NCBI GenBank assembly: GCA_946542465.1
Contig: CAMNKQ010000001.1
Location: forward strand, 1-54,054
Source: an uncultured Clostridia bacterium
GTDB taxonomy: Bacteria; Bacillota; Clostridia; Oscillospirales; Oscillospiraceae
Direction of reading: 5' to 3'
Length of the DNA: 54,054 bases
This document shows, piece by piece, positions 1 through 7,413 of this stretch (its first letter is position 1; each line of letters opens with the position of its first letter). A program made the translations under genes and the position numbers. Below the pieces are notes generated by a model, which saw nothing but the letters and a program-made list of their open reading frames with translations, made no database searches and was not told the origin of the DNA.

Positions 1-97
1 CCGCAAGTATCGGGAAAAGTGGCCTCTTTTCGTTCGAGAAAGTACGGAATGCGTATTACCTTGTCTGATTCTTTTTTCCGCTTCTCGACGGAAGCCG

Positions 98-160
98 CGT
101 GTTATAAGCTAGTATGGCATTTGATAGTACAAATGCCGCTTTTAGGGGCGCACCCTAACA
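98..160. repeat. Left copy of ~63-nt inverted repeat (CGTGTTATAAGCTAGTATGGCATTTG ... TTAGGGG-loop-CCCTAA hairpin)
   Basis: The reverse complement of 6911-6973 aligns by eye. A 24/26-nt core differs by one mismatch and a 2-nt indel, followed by a TTAGGGG/CCCCTAA hairpin in both copies. Confidence 0.7.
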
Positions 161-171
161 CCCGATACTAA

Positions 172-196
172 AATCCGTTTCACGGTGAAACGGATT
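172..196. repeat. 25-nt perfect palindrome AATCCGTTTCAC-G-GTGAAACGGATT (island palindrome family, GTTTCAC type)
   Basis: Read directly: 12+1+12 nt. Overlaps the stop codon of the Spo0A_C-like gene. Confidence 0.9.
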
Positions 197-566
197 AATC
201 CACGCCGTAGCGGAGAAAGGCGACCAGTATATCGATAAACTCACTGTTGGTGGGTGACTTCTCCAGCTCGATCCCGGCCACGCGGTTGAGGTCGGAATGA
301 TTGCGTCGATTCCATACCGAGGCAATCAGCGTACGGATCGCGTGTTCCACGGAGGACGGGCTAACCTTGAAATACAGGGCCGTTTCCGGGTAGGCGCATT
401 TGGTGATCCAGAAATACTCGTCCGGCTTCTGCAATATGTGATACACGATATAGACGGTGTAATGAAAGCCGACCAGTCTGCCGGAGGCGCCGATGCTGCG
501 AAGCAGCCGTGCGATCTCCTCCGGCGTCACGCCGGACATGTTGTTTTCAGAATAAAAGCTGTACAT
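195..566 (-). CDS. Spo0A C-terminal-domain-like DNA-binding protein
   Basis: ORF translation has ITKCAYPETALYFKVSPSSVEHAIRTLIASVW ... SPTNSEFIDIL. This matches the Spo0A_C signature (TK.LYP..A......S.VERAIRHAI..AW ... PTNSEFI). Confidence 0.8.
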   Translation of the reverse strand: MYSFYSENNMSGVTPEEIARLLRSIGASGRLVGFHYTVYIVYHILQKPDEYFWITKCAYPETALYFKVSPSSVEHAIRTLIASVWNRRNHSDLNRVAGIELEKSPTNSEFIDILVAFLRYGVD

Positions 567-693
567 ATCTGTCCTCCGCTTTCTGATGATATGGATTCTT
601 TTTGACAGGACACCGTGAACTTTGAGGGGAACATCCTTCTGCTAATAACCCGTTTGAGAGAAGGTGTTTTGCCAAACGTCAGCAAGAAAAATG

Positions 694-710
694 CGTTTCA
701 CCGCGAAACG
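694..710. repeat. Degenerate member of the GTTTCAC palindrome family (CGTTTCAC-C-GCGAAACG)
   Basis: 17 nt with one arm mismatch. Intergenic between the KTR and Spo0A_C-like genes. Confidence 0.5.
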
Positions 711-900
711 AATAAAAGCCGATATTATCTTTTCGCTTTTGAACGCAGACGGTGGACATTCTTAACGCAAAACCGAAACTATAGTAACGGTGCTGAATCT
801 CACCGATCTGGCCAAATCAGCAGATTTTCAGCCCCTTTCCTTCAACAATCCGTGCAGGGGAAGGGAAAATGCCTGTGTCGGATTGCCCATAACGATAGAA

Positions 901-936
901 AGAGCCTGCTTCTCCACTCACGGAGTAGCAGGCTCT
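901..936 (-). terminator. Hairpin downstream of the KTR gene
   Basis: AGAGCCTGCT ... AGCAGGCTCT 10-bp stem directly after the stop at 942. The following T-tract on the minus strand is weak. Confidence 0.5.
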
Positions 937-941
937 GCGCT

Positions 942-1130
942 TTAAGCGTCTGGCTCGTCGCTGACTACGATCTTAAATTTTATCACACCGAGTTTGGTTT
1001 CTTTCTTGCATTTGGTACAGTATAGGGGAAAGTTCAGTAGTACAGTGTCCTCGTAGATTTTGATCTTGCTTCTGGCTCCGCACTTGGGGCATGGGAGCCA
1101 GAGCGACTTCTTCTCTTGTCTTTCATTCAT
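942..1130 (-). CDS. Cysteine-rich KTR domain protein
   Basis: CPKCG...KIKIYEDTVLLNFPLYCTKCKKET pattern. AGGAGAG RBS upstream. Confidence 0.8.
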   Translation of the reverse strand: MNERQEKKSLWLPCPKCGARSKIKIYEDTVLLNFPLYCTKCKKETKLGVIKFKIVVSDEPDA

Positions 1131-1169
1131 AGGCAGCTCTCCTATAAAACGAAATGATAGTTTCGCATT

Positions 1170-1198
1170 AGAATAGGAAGTTCTTTCTTTTTTGTCAA
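1170..1198 (-). promoter_or_regulatory. Candidate sigma-A promoter for the KTR gene (TTGACA-17-TATTCT)
   Basis: Read on the minus strand. Perfect -35, 17-nt spacer, 4/6 -10. Confidence 0.45.
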
Positions 1199-1208
1199 TT
1201 TTTCTGCG

Positions 1209-3275
1209 CTATTTCCGCTCGCTGTAATAAAGCGACAGACGGGACATAATGTCCGCTGCAGCTTCCTGAGAAGTGACTTGTCCGGCAAAAAACCGCGCAG
1301 CGCTCGTAAGTACGATTGTATAAGTGGTGGAGTTGCTATCGTAAACGCCAGACACCCCATTTACCAATTCATCAAATTCGCTGATATGAGATGTATCTAC
1401 GATCGGTTCTCCGTTAATCGTTCCTCCGTTTTCAACTGCGGAATATCCCTCGCTCACTCGCCGCTCATATTCTGCTTTCAAGAGGGGGCAGTATGCTGAA
1501 CTGGAGCTTGTCCCCATTTCGGAAAGGAGCATGAATTTTATAAACTCCCATGCGCCTTCTTTATTCTCAGAACCTTTTGGAATTGCAAGTTTGCAAGACG
1601 GGACGATAATACCTGTGCCTTCAAAAAAAGGCATTCCAAATATGGCCATATCTCCGGCATTGCCGCCGAAATACTGGCGGCTGAACCACCAGCTTGCAAA
1701 GCTCTCATAACTGGACACTAAATAAAGCGGCTCCGCCCCAGTGGAATCATCGTACTCTTCTGGCAATTTAGCGGCATATTCCAAAATGGAAGCAATATCG
1801 TCCTGCGAATAGAGCTCCGTTTTTTGACTGCAAAAGGCTAATTCCAGAAAGGTATCCCGCGGCAATGTTCCGGCAAATGCTGAGTCTGGATCGCCTAAAG
1901 CGCCAAGTCTTTCGGATACAGTTGTGTGATGTTCGCTATGGACAAGTTCTTTGCTTCCGGTAATTGACCAGATAGTAAAAGCGGGCGCTATGCTCAAGAG
2001 CTTTCCGTCTTTTGTCGTCATGGCGTTTAACGGCCCTTCAAGTAAATCTGCCGTTGAAATGTCGGGATCGGCGTTGAAATATTCAACTAAGTCCTCCAAA
2101 GCATTTTCATTCGCAATGTTACTTGAAAAAGACATAATGTCAATGATGTCCGGAGCACTTCCGGCATTCATTTCTGTTGCCAAGGTTTGCATAGGATCAG
2201 TATATTGGCTATAGTCTTTGACTACCAAATGGTACTTATCATTTTCGTCATTAAACCGGATAACAATGTTAGAAAATTCATTAGGCATCCCATTGATCGC
2301 GATCACGATTTCTTTCCTTTGCGCAGAATCATCACTGTCTTCCTGTATCAGGCGAATGACGTCTGCAAACCAGACGAGATATTGACCGTTTGAATTAAGG
2401 GAAAAGCTCCCGTTGGAATGGATACCGACGCTTGTCCATTGAAATAGCCGGGTGATTGTGCCTGTTGCATTTTTATAGCAAAAGACATCCGTGGAGTTCC
2501 CAACATATATTTTCCCATCACAAGCCGCTAAAAGCCGCCCCGAGTCAAAAGCACATATCTCTGTCAGCTCTCCACTTTCGCAGTCAACGCTACTAATATG
2601 GAGCCCATCCGTATTGTTTGTCCCAATATAAATACTCACACCATCTGAGACCATCGAAAAGGGTTTTCCAATACTAATTTGCTCGCTCTTGACCCCCGTA
2701 TCCGTATATTGCGCGATAAGATATTCGTTGGAATCGACATTTACATAGCTTAAATACAGCATGTCTCCAACTTGACTAATCCCATTTATATAAATATTGG
2801 ATTGAGGTTCCAGATCTGCCAAGGCGCCGTGCCTGCCATCGGCATATGCGTTGTACAGCGAATAATGATTGCTATCATCGTTTTCTGTGCATACAACTAA
2901 TGTAATGCAATCACTGCTTTTTGCTGCGATTGCAGAAACAGACTGATTCTCCTCCAACCAGCTTAAGTCATAGGTGATTTGAACATTACCATTGAGGTCA
3001 TAGTCCCGAAGAACTAAAGCGTGGTCTTTTTCTCCATACACGATCATTTCATTATCCAGCAGCACAATGCTTCCAACAAAAGAAACTGAATCGGATAATT
3101 GCAGCGTTTTTGACCTGTATGTGCTTGATGCGTCCTCATGGCTATCTACGGAGTTTAGGATCATTGCGCCGGATTCAGAAAGCCGAGCCTGCTCATTTTT
3201 CCCACAGCCAGATAATAGGCAGCATAGAAGCGAAATGAGCAGAAGAACGCTTATCATGGTTTTGTGTTTATACAT
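1209..3275 (-). CDS. Lipoprotein with a C-terminal extracellular solute-binding-protein-like half and an uncharacterised N-terminal half
   Basis: Signal peptide plus lipobox (LLSGC). Start moved to MYKHK (GAGGAA RBS 6 nt upstream). The C-terminal half resembles ABC substrate-binding proteins. No permease nearby. Confidence 0.6.
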   Translation of the reverse strand: MYKHKTMISVLLLISLLCCLLSGCGKNEQARLSESGAMILNSVDSHEDASSTYRSKTLQLSDSVSFVGSIVLLDNEMIVYGEKDHALVLRDYDLNGNVQITYDLSWLEENQSVSAIAAKSSDCITLVVCTENDDSNHYSLYNAYADGRHGALADLEPQSNIYINGISQVGDMLYLSYVNVDSNEYLIAQYTDTGVKSEQISIGKPFSMVSDGVSIYIGTNNTDGLHISSVDCESGELTEICAFDSGRLLAACDGKIYVGNSTDVFCYKNATGTITRLFQWTSVGIHSNGSFSLNSNGQYLVWFADVIRLIQEDSDDSAQRKEIVIAINGMPNEFSNIVIRFNDENDKYHLVVKDYSQYTDPMQTLATEMNAGSAPDIIDIMSFSSNIANENALEDLVEYFNADPDISTADLLEGPLNAMTTKDGKLLSIAPAFTIWSITGSKELVHSEHHTTVSERLGALGDPDSAFAGTLPRDTFLELAFCSQKTELYSQDDIASILEYAAKLPEEYDDSTGAEPLYLVSSYESFASWWFSRQYFGGNAGDMAIFGMPFFEGTGIIVPSCKLAIPKGSENKEGAWEFIKFMLLSEMGTSSSSAYCPLLKAEYERRVSEGYSAVENGGTINGEPIVDTSHISEFDELVNGVSGVYDSNSTTYTIVLTSAARFFAGQVTSQEAAADIMSRLSLYYSERK

Positions 3276-3310
3276 TTTTGGTTCCTCTTTTTTGAGTTGT
3301 CGTGTCATTC

Positions 3311-4438
3311 TTATCGGATCGTGCTGTAATCCACCATGTCCAGTATGGTGTCAATGGCAGCGTCGCTCAGCCTGCTAACTTGTGAGATATGAAGCGTGGC
3401 GAACGAGTTTTTCAAATAGACATAAGCATAGGCATCCGTGCCATTTTGCAATACGGTGAGTTCCGTCCCGTCTGGGGTAGTATGGCTCCTAACCGTAAAG
3501 GCGCTGACATCCTCAACAACGTCAAAAATCTCATCGCCGCTGGATAGGGTGCCATAGGGGGAGTTGTAAAGATAACAGATGGGGCCGGATTCCGTCTGGT
3601 CTTCCGTGATAAAGAAGCTGACGGCAAAGGTTCCCTCGTCGAAATAATAGAATTTGTCATACCCTGCAGGCTCGACGCGGAAGAAACTGCTACCTCCGGC
3701 GCAGACTTCGTTGATTCTTGCGGTGACTTCCTCGCGGGTAGAAAACTCCTCTCTGTCTCCATAGTTCTGATAGATCACAGTAATCTGATGCCTAAGCTTT
3801 AGCTCATAGCTCGCAGCAATGCTTTCCAGCTTGTCTGCCATCTCCTGTGTATAGATGTGATAACTTGGATCGTAGCCGGGGAAGTCCTTTGATCTGACTT
3901 CCAAATATGCCTCAAACTGCGCGTAATCTTCTGCGCTGATAACACGTCTTTCGATCTCCTCTATACCGCGCAGGAAGATCATCGTCACGGTTCCGTCCTC
4001 ATTTTTCTCGTCTATAATGCCGCTGCAGTTCTCGGGCAACCTGCAGCTCTCCGGGGTGTGGGGAGCGTTCTCATCGCACCAGGAACTCCACTCTTCCCAG
4101 GCTTTTGCGGAGTTGTCGATCTTCTCTCTGATTTCATCGTCCATTTCCTCCGGCACATCCTGCGGCTGGGTAATGGACAGATAATCTGCGTTTGGATTCT
4201 CCCGCGGTTTGCTCCCTCTTATGAGCAACGCTTGTAGGCCGAAGAGATTTGTGGCATAGGCGACTCCTGTAAAAAGGGAAACGATAATAGCAGCAACCAG
4301 CAATGTGCTCCAAAGTTTCCGGTTAATGTGATGGGTTTTGGGACTTTCCGCGCTATAACCGAGAGCATTTGCGGTATCCGTGACATACTCATCTCTTATA
4401 CCGCGCATGGCGTTCAGTAAGGCAAAAGAATCTAACAT
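3311..4438 (-). CDS. Single-pass membrane protein, putative anti-sigma factor partner (paralog of 12986-14272)
   Basis: 7-nt overlap with the upstream sigma gene. Short cytoplasmic N-terminus, one TM segment, large extracytoplasmic domain. Clear similarity to 12986-14272 (QPQ.VPE.MD...REK..N..KAW.EW; YLY.S.Y.TLSSG.EI...VEDV). Confidence 0.5.
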   Translation of the reverse strand: MLDSFALLNAMRGIRDEYVTDTANALGYSAESPKTHHINRKLWSTLLVAAIIVSLFTGVAYATNLFGLQALLIRGSKPRENPNADYLSITQPQDVPEEMDDEIREKIDNSAKAWEEWSSWCDENAPHTPESCRLPENCSGIIDEKNEDGTVTMIFLRGIEEIERRVISAEDYAQFEAYLEVRSKDFPGYDPSYHIYTQEMADKLESIAASYELKLRHQITVIYQNYGDREEFSTREEVTARINEVCAGGSSFFRVEPAGYDKFYYFDEGTFAVSFFITEDQTESGPICYLYNSPYGTLSSGDEIFDVVEDVSAFTVRSHTTPDGTELTVLQNGTDAYAYVYLKNSFATLHISQVSRLSDAAIDTILDMVDYSTIR

Positions 4439-4989
4439 AAGCCTTCCTCCTGTAAGTATGTACGCAGCTTACCTCTTGACCGATATAAAGACGATTTTAC
4501 CTTGCTCTGGCTATAGCCAAGCCTTTTTGATATCTCTGCAACGGACTCTAGAAACCAGTAGCGGGCAATAAACATTCTCCGCTCTGATTCAGGTAATGTG
4601 CTGACAAATGCATCAATCGCAGTCTCCAGTTCCTTTTCTTCATAAAGCTGCTCTATACTGATTACTGTTGGGATGCACTCTTCCAGCTCATCCAAGGCCA
4701 GGGGCGTTTCACCGCCGCCGCGCTTTTTGCTGGTTCTTGCACGGTATCGGTTAAGAGCAAGATTTCGCGTAATATACCCTAAAAAAGTCGAGAGAACAGA
4801 GGGCCGCTTGTCCGGCATCAGATTCCAGGCATTAAACCATGTATCGTTCACACACTCCTCCGCATCTTCGTTGCTTGCGCATATGTTATACGCGATGGTA
4901 TGGCAATACCTGCCATACTTGCGATCCGTTTCCGATATGGCCTGATCGGAACGCTGCCAGTACAGATCAACAATCGCTGCGTCTTCCAT
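4432..4989 (-). CDS. Sigma-70 family (ECF-like) RNA polymerase sigma factor
   Basis: IVDLYWQRSDQAI...EDAEECVNDTWFNAW (region 2) and C-terminal SVAEISKRLGYSQSKVKSSLYRSRGKL (region 4 HTH). Paralog of 14269-14826. Confidence 0.8.
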   Translation of the reverse strand: MEDAAIVDLYWQRSDQAISETDRKYGRYCHTIAYNICASNEDAEECVNDTWFNAWNLMPDKRPSVLSTFLGYITRNLALNRYRARTSKKRGGGETPLALDELEECIPTVISIEQLYEEKELETAIDAFVSTLPESERRMFIARYWFLESVAEISKRLGYSQSKVKSSLYRSRGKLRTYLQEEGLC

Positions 4990-5154
4990 ACTGATCCTCC
5001 TTCGTGTTAAGAGCTCTCATAGATATATTACAAAAAAAGTCGCCGTTGGTCGCGATGATTTATTGCAAAATTCTATTTTCAGATAATAATGGCGAGACCC
5101 TTCCAAAAGAAAAGTATATCAGCACGAGAGATAAATGCAAATCTCACGGAAACT

Positions 5155-5171
5155 TGTCTCACGGTGAGACA
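5155..5171. repeat. 17-nt palindrome TGTCTCAC-G-GTGAGACA (island palindrome family, GTCTCAC type)
   Basis: Perfect 8+1+8. The 23-mer TTGTCTCACGGTGAGACACATTT is identical at 5154, 7012 and 11179. Lies 4 nt downstream of the mobC stop. Confidence 0.9.
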
Positions 5172-5174
5172 CAT

Positions 5175-5483
5175 TTACAGCGTTTCCTTCACCAGGTTCC
5201 ACGCCTTGTTTGCCAGCAGAACAGCTTGCCGGATCTCTGCCTCCTGGATGCTCTTTTTGGCGTTGGCCCAATGGGCGATCTGATTGACGTTGTTGCCGAT
5301 GGACGACAGCACCCGCAGCAGGCCCGCGTATTCGCCGGGCGGCCTTTGCCTAAGCTGCACACCGGCGAGGGCGTTGCGGATCAGTACGCTGGCAGGCAAG
5401 CCCGTGATCTTGCATTGCTCCCGCAGATGGGCGTATTCCTCATCGTTCAGCCATAGGCCGACAAAGTGATTGCGTTCTCTCAT
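5175..5483 (-). CDS. mobC: MobC-family mobilisation (relaxosome accessory) protein
   Basis: RNHFVGLWLNDEEYAHLREQCKITGL..SVLIRNAL.G...R..P..EYAGLLRVLSSIGNNVNQIAHWAN pattern. Start set at MRERNHF with a GGAGG RBS. Confidence 0.8.
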   Translation of the reverse strand: MRERNHFVGLWLNDEEYAHLREQCKITGLPASVLIRNALAGVQLRQRPPGEYAGLLRVLSSIGNNVNQIAHWANAKKSIQEAEIRQAVLLANKAWNLVKETL

Positions 5484-5501
5484 AACACCTCCATGAAAAA
5501 A

Positions 5502-5532
5502 GGAAACTTGTCTCACGGTGAGACAAGTTTCC
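5502..5532. repeat. 31-nt perfect palindrome GGAAACTTGTCTCAC-G-GTGAGACAAGTTTCC
   Basis: 15+1+15 nt. On the minus strand it is followed by TTTTTT (terminator-like), yet it sits only ~18 nt upstream of the mobC start. Confidence 0.9.
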
Positions 5533-5556
5533 GGTTAATAGCTATTCGTTTATAAA

Positions 5557-5577
5557 TTCGTTTCACGGTGAAACGAA
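5557..5577. repeat. 21-nt perfect palindrome TTCGTTTCAC-G-GTGAAACGAA
   Basis: 10+1+10 nt, just downstream of the stop of ORF 5596-5976. Confidence 0.9.
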
Positions 5578-5595
5578 AAAGCTTTGATATCCTTT

Positions 5596-5976
5596 TTACT
5601 CCGTTGGCCTGATGCTTGATTCGATGAGCGCCAATTCTTCAGATGTAAGCTGATCCCGGCGCTTCAGGCCTTTATCGAGAAGGATGTGAATTCCTTTTGC
5701 CCGAAGAAAAACTTCCGCATTTATGTATGCCTCTTGATAAGTGATGGGCCTGATTGGATGGATCGCGTTCCACGTAATAGTTTCGGCAAGATACTTAATC
5801 ATCAAATTGTTAATATGCTGCTGCATTTTTTCGTGCTGTTGGGTGTAATAGTACTCCCGAAGCTTGTGGACCTCATCAATCAAGTCCGAGATCTCTCTGA
5901 TATCTTTGTATGGCTCAAGGGAATTCAAATAATCGTTCACGCCTGTTCTCCTTCGACTTTTCTTGATAACCGCCAA
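5596..5976 (-). CDS. Hypothetical helical protein (TTG start)
   Basis: Open frame with a plausible GAGG RBS. I recognise no family. Confidence 0.4.
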   Translation of the reverse strand: MAVIKKSRRRTGVNDYLNSLEPYKDIREISDLIDEVHKLREYYYTQQHEKMQQHINNLMIKYLAETITWNAIHPIRPITYQEAYINAEVFLRAKGIHILLDKGLKRRDQLTSEELALIESSIRPTE

Positions 5977-6024
5977 TTAGCCTCAGCAACAATCCGTCTT
6001 TTGTTTCGCAATATTAAGAAAAAC

Positions 6025-6219
6025 TCAAATTTGCGAAATAGAACTCAGGTGCGCCTTATGCAGCTCGGCAAACACCTCAGCAGCCGGCGTCACACGCCCG
6101 GCAGCAGTGTCACCAAAGCCCTTCTCGATTTCCGCTTTCAACTGCTCCTTTGTGAGATTGCTCATGTCCGGGACGGGGACGACGGGCGGTTTCATCTTCG
6201 GTGCTGTTCTATTCTTCAT
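6025..6219 (-). CDS. Small hypothetical protein resembling the C-terminal tail of an antitoxin
   Basis: LTKEQLKAEIEKGFGDTAAGRVTPAAEVFAELHKA resembles the C-terminal segments of Phd/ParD-like antitoxins. The ATG overlaps the ParE stop by 11 nt. The start is uncertain (alternative MKPPVV). Confidence 0.3.
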   Translation of the reverse strand: MKNRTAPKMKPPVVPVPDMSNLTKEQLKAEIEKGFGDTAAGRVTPAAEVFAELHKAHLSSISQI

Positions 6220-6517
6220 CGATTCTGCTTCTGTCTCTCTTGCCATAGAGAAAGCGGCGAATCTCCACACGGTCTTGAAAGACGGCGTAATAGAGCACAT
6301 AGTTCTTGACCGGCACCTTGCGGATCTCGTCCTTCATCGGGCGGTCTGTCCGGTAGAGCTCATGGGCGTAGGGGAACTCCGCGATGCGCTGTACCGTCTC
6401 GTCAAACTCGGCCAGCAGATCGCGGGCGGCTTTTGGCGCGTCCAGCGTGTAGGCAATATAGCCCAGCGCGTCCATCAAGTCGCTCTCCGCCAGCGGCAAA
6501 TAAACGATCTTATGCAC
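6209..6517 (-). CDS. RelE/ParE-family type II toxin
   Basis: IVYLPLAESDL..ALGYIA......AA..LL.EFDE.V..IAEFPYA......D.........R...V.NYVLYY.V....VEIRRFLYG.RD pattern. GTG start with a GGAGGAG RBS, overlapping the Phd stop. Confidence 0.75.
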   Translation of the reverse strand: MHKIVYLPLAESDLMDALGYIAYTLDAPKAARDLLAEFDETVQRIAEFPYAHELYRTDRPMKDEIRKVPVKNYVLYYAVFQDRVEIRRFLYGKRDRSRIDEE

Positions 6518-6797
6518 GCTTTTGCTCCTCCGCACCGCTCAGAAACGCACGCGCTTTCGCCATAACATCGGCATGGCTCAAACGCTCGGTCGTGCTGGCC
6601 GCCTGCAGTTCCGCCTCACGCAGCTTGTCATAGACCATGCTGTCATAACGGTTCTGCTCATAGCTCTCCATGCTCATGACAACGATGGAGCCGACGCCGT
6701 TCTTGGTCAGGAAGATCGGCTCACCGCTGAGCTGGGCGTCTTTCGTGATCTCAGCGAAATGATTTCTCAGATCGGAAACAGGACGAATATTCGGCAT
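6510..6797 (-). CDS. Phd/YefM-family type II antitoxin
   Basis: IRPVSDLRNHFAEITKDAQLSGEPIFLTKNGVGSIVVMSMESYE is typical Phd/YefM. AAGGAGG RBS. Confidence 0.8.
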   Translation of the reverse strand: MPNIRPVSDLRNHFAEITKDAQLSGEPIFLTKNGVGSIVVMSMESYEQNRYDSMVYDKLREAELQAASTTERLSHADVMAKARAFLSGAEEQKRA

Positions 6798-6821
6798 CTC
6801 GCCACCTCCTTGCTTAGCATT

Positions 6822-6850
6822 ATTATATGCATAATTGCGCTAATTGTCAA
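6822..6850 (-). promoter_or_regulatory. Consensus sigma-A promoter of the Phd/ParE operon (TTGACA-17-TATAAT)
   Basis: Read on the minus strand: TTGACAattagcgcaattatgcaTATAAT. The palindromic TATGCATA abuts the -10 and extends into the spacer. Confidence 0.7.
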
Positions 6851-6910
6851 CGGTATATATTGGCGTGTCTGGTCGCTCCGGCAGCCTTCCGTTCATCGCG
6901 TCGCGTGGGG

Positions 6911-6973
6911 TTTTAGGGGTCATCCCCTAACAGGGGCGCTTGTGTTTAACAAATGCCATACTTGCTTAACACG
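6911..6973. repeat. Right (inverted) copy of the ~63-nt repeat seen at 98-160
   Basis: TTAGGGGtcatCCCCTAA hairpin followed by CAAATGCCATACTTGCTTAACACG, the reverse complement of the 98-123 core. Confidence 0.7.
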
Positions 6974-7012
6974 GTGCGCTGTTTCTCCGCTTGTCGCATG
7001 AAAGAGAAAATT

Positions 7013-7029
7013 TGTCTCACGGTGAGACA
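7013..7029. repeat. 17-nt palindrome TGTCTCAC-G-GTGAGACA flanked by A/T runs; probable terminator of the Ubl operon
   Basis: Perfect palindrome 58 nt downstream of the DUF6527-like stop. On the minus strand it is followed by TTTTCTCTTT. Confidence 0.85.
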
Positions 7030-7086
7030 CATTTTAATTCGAGAAAACAAGGTGTTGGGAATGCAACCCAACACCTTGCCTTTTCC

Positions 7087-7413
7087 TTAATGACACCAAA
7101 GCACTTTGCTGTTTTTTAGGTAGAAATGGCTACCGCATCCGACCTTCCGGTTGATTGAAGGCAAAAAGGACAGTGTTCCCGCTAAATGCCACTGAATCTT
7201 CCAGCAGGGTCTTGACTCTGGGTTTGCATTCAGCTCGATTTTTTGACCGCAGCCACAGGGGCATAAGAAGATTGCATACTGAGGCTTTTGCAGATCACCA
7301 ACAACATATATTTCCCTATCATTAACGGTCTCCGGATAATCGTCCAGGTTAATGATCCGATACCGCTTGCGCAATCTGCTGTTAAAAACACAAAGCTTTT
7401 GGCGGATCTTCAT
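7087..7413 (-). CDS. Small Cys/His-rich protein, DUF6527-like (fourth gene of the Ubl operon)
   Basis: LCPCGCGQKIEL ... C ... VGCGSHFYL ... WCH motifs. The ATG overlaps the E1 stop (ATGA). The family name is from memory of NCBI neighbourhoods of multiubiquitin/E2/ThiF genes. Confidence 0.6.
   Translation of the reverse strand: MKIRQKLCVFNSRLRKRYRIINLDDYPETVNDREIYVVGDLQKPQYAIFLCPCGCGQKIELNANPESRPCWKIQWHLAGTLSFLPSINRKVGCGSHFYLKNSKVLWCH

Noticed and set aside
6220-6300. Full-length 91-aa version of ORF 6025-6300
   Set aside because: Its first 27 codons lie inside the parE coding region in another frame, with no RBS. Only the shorter 56-64-aa version is plausible, and even that has low confidence.
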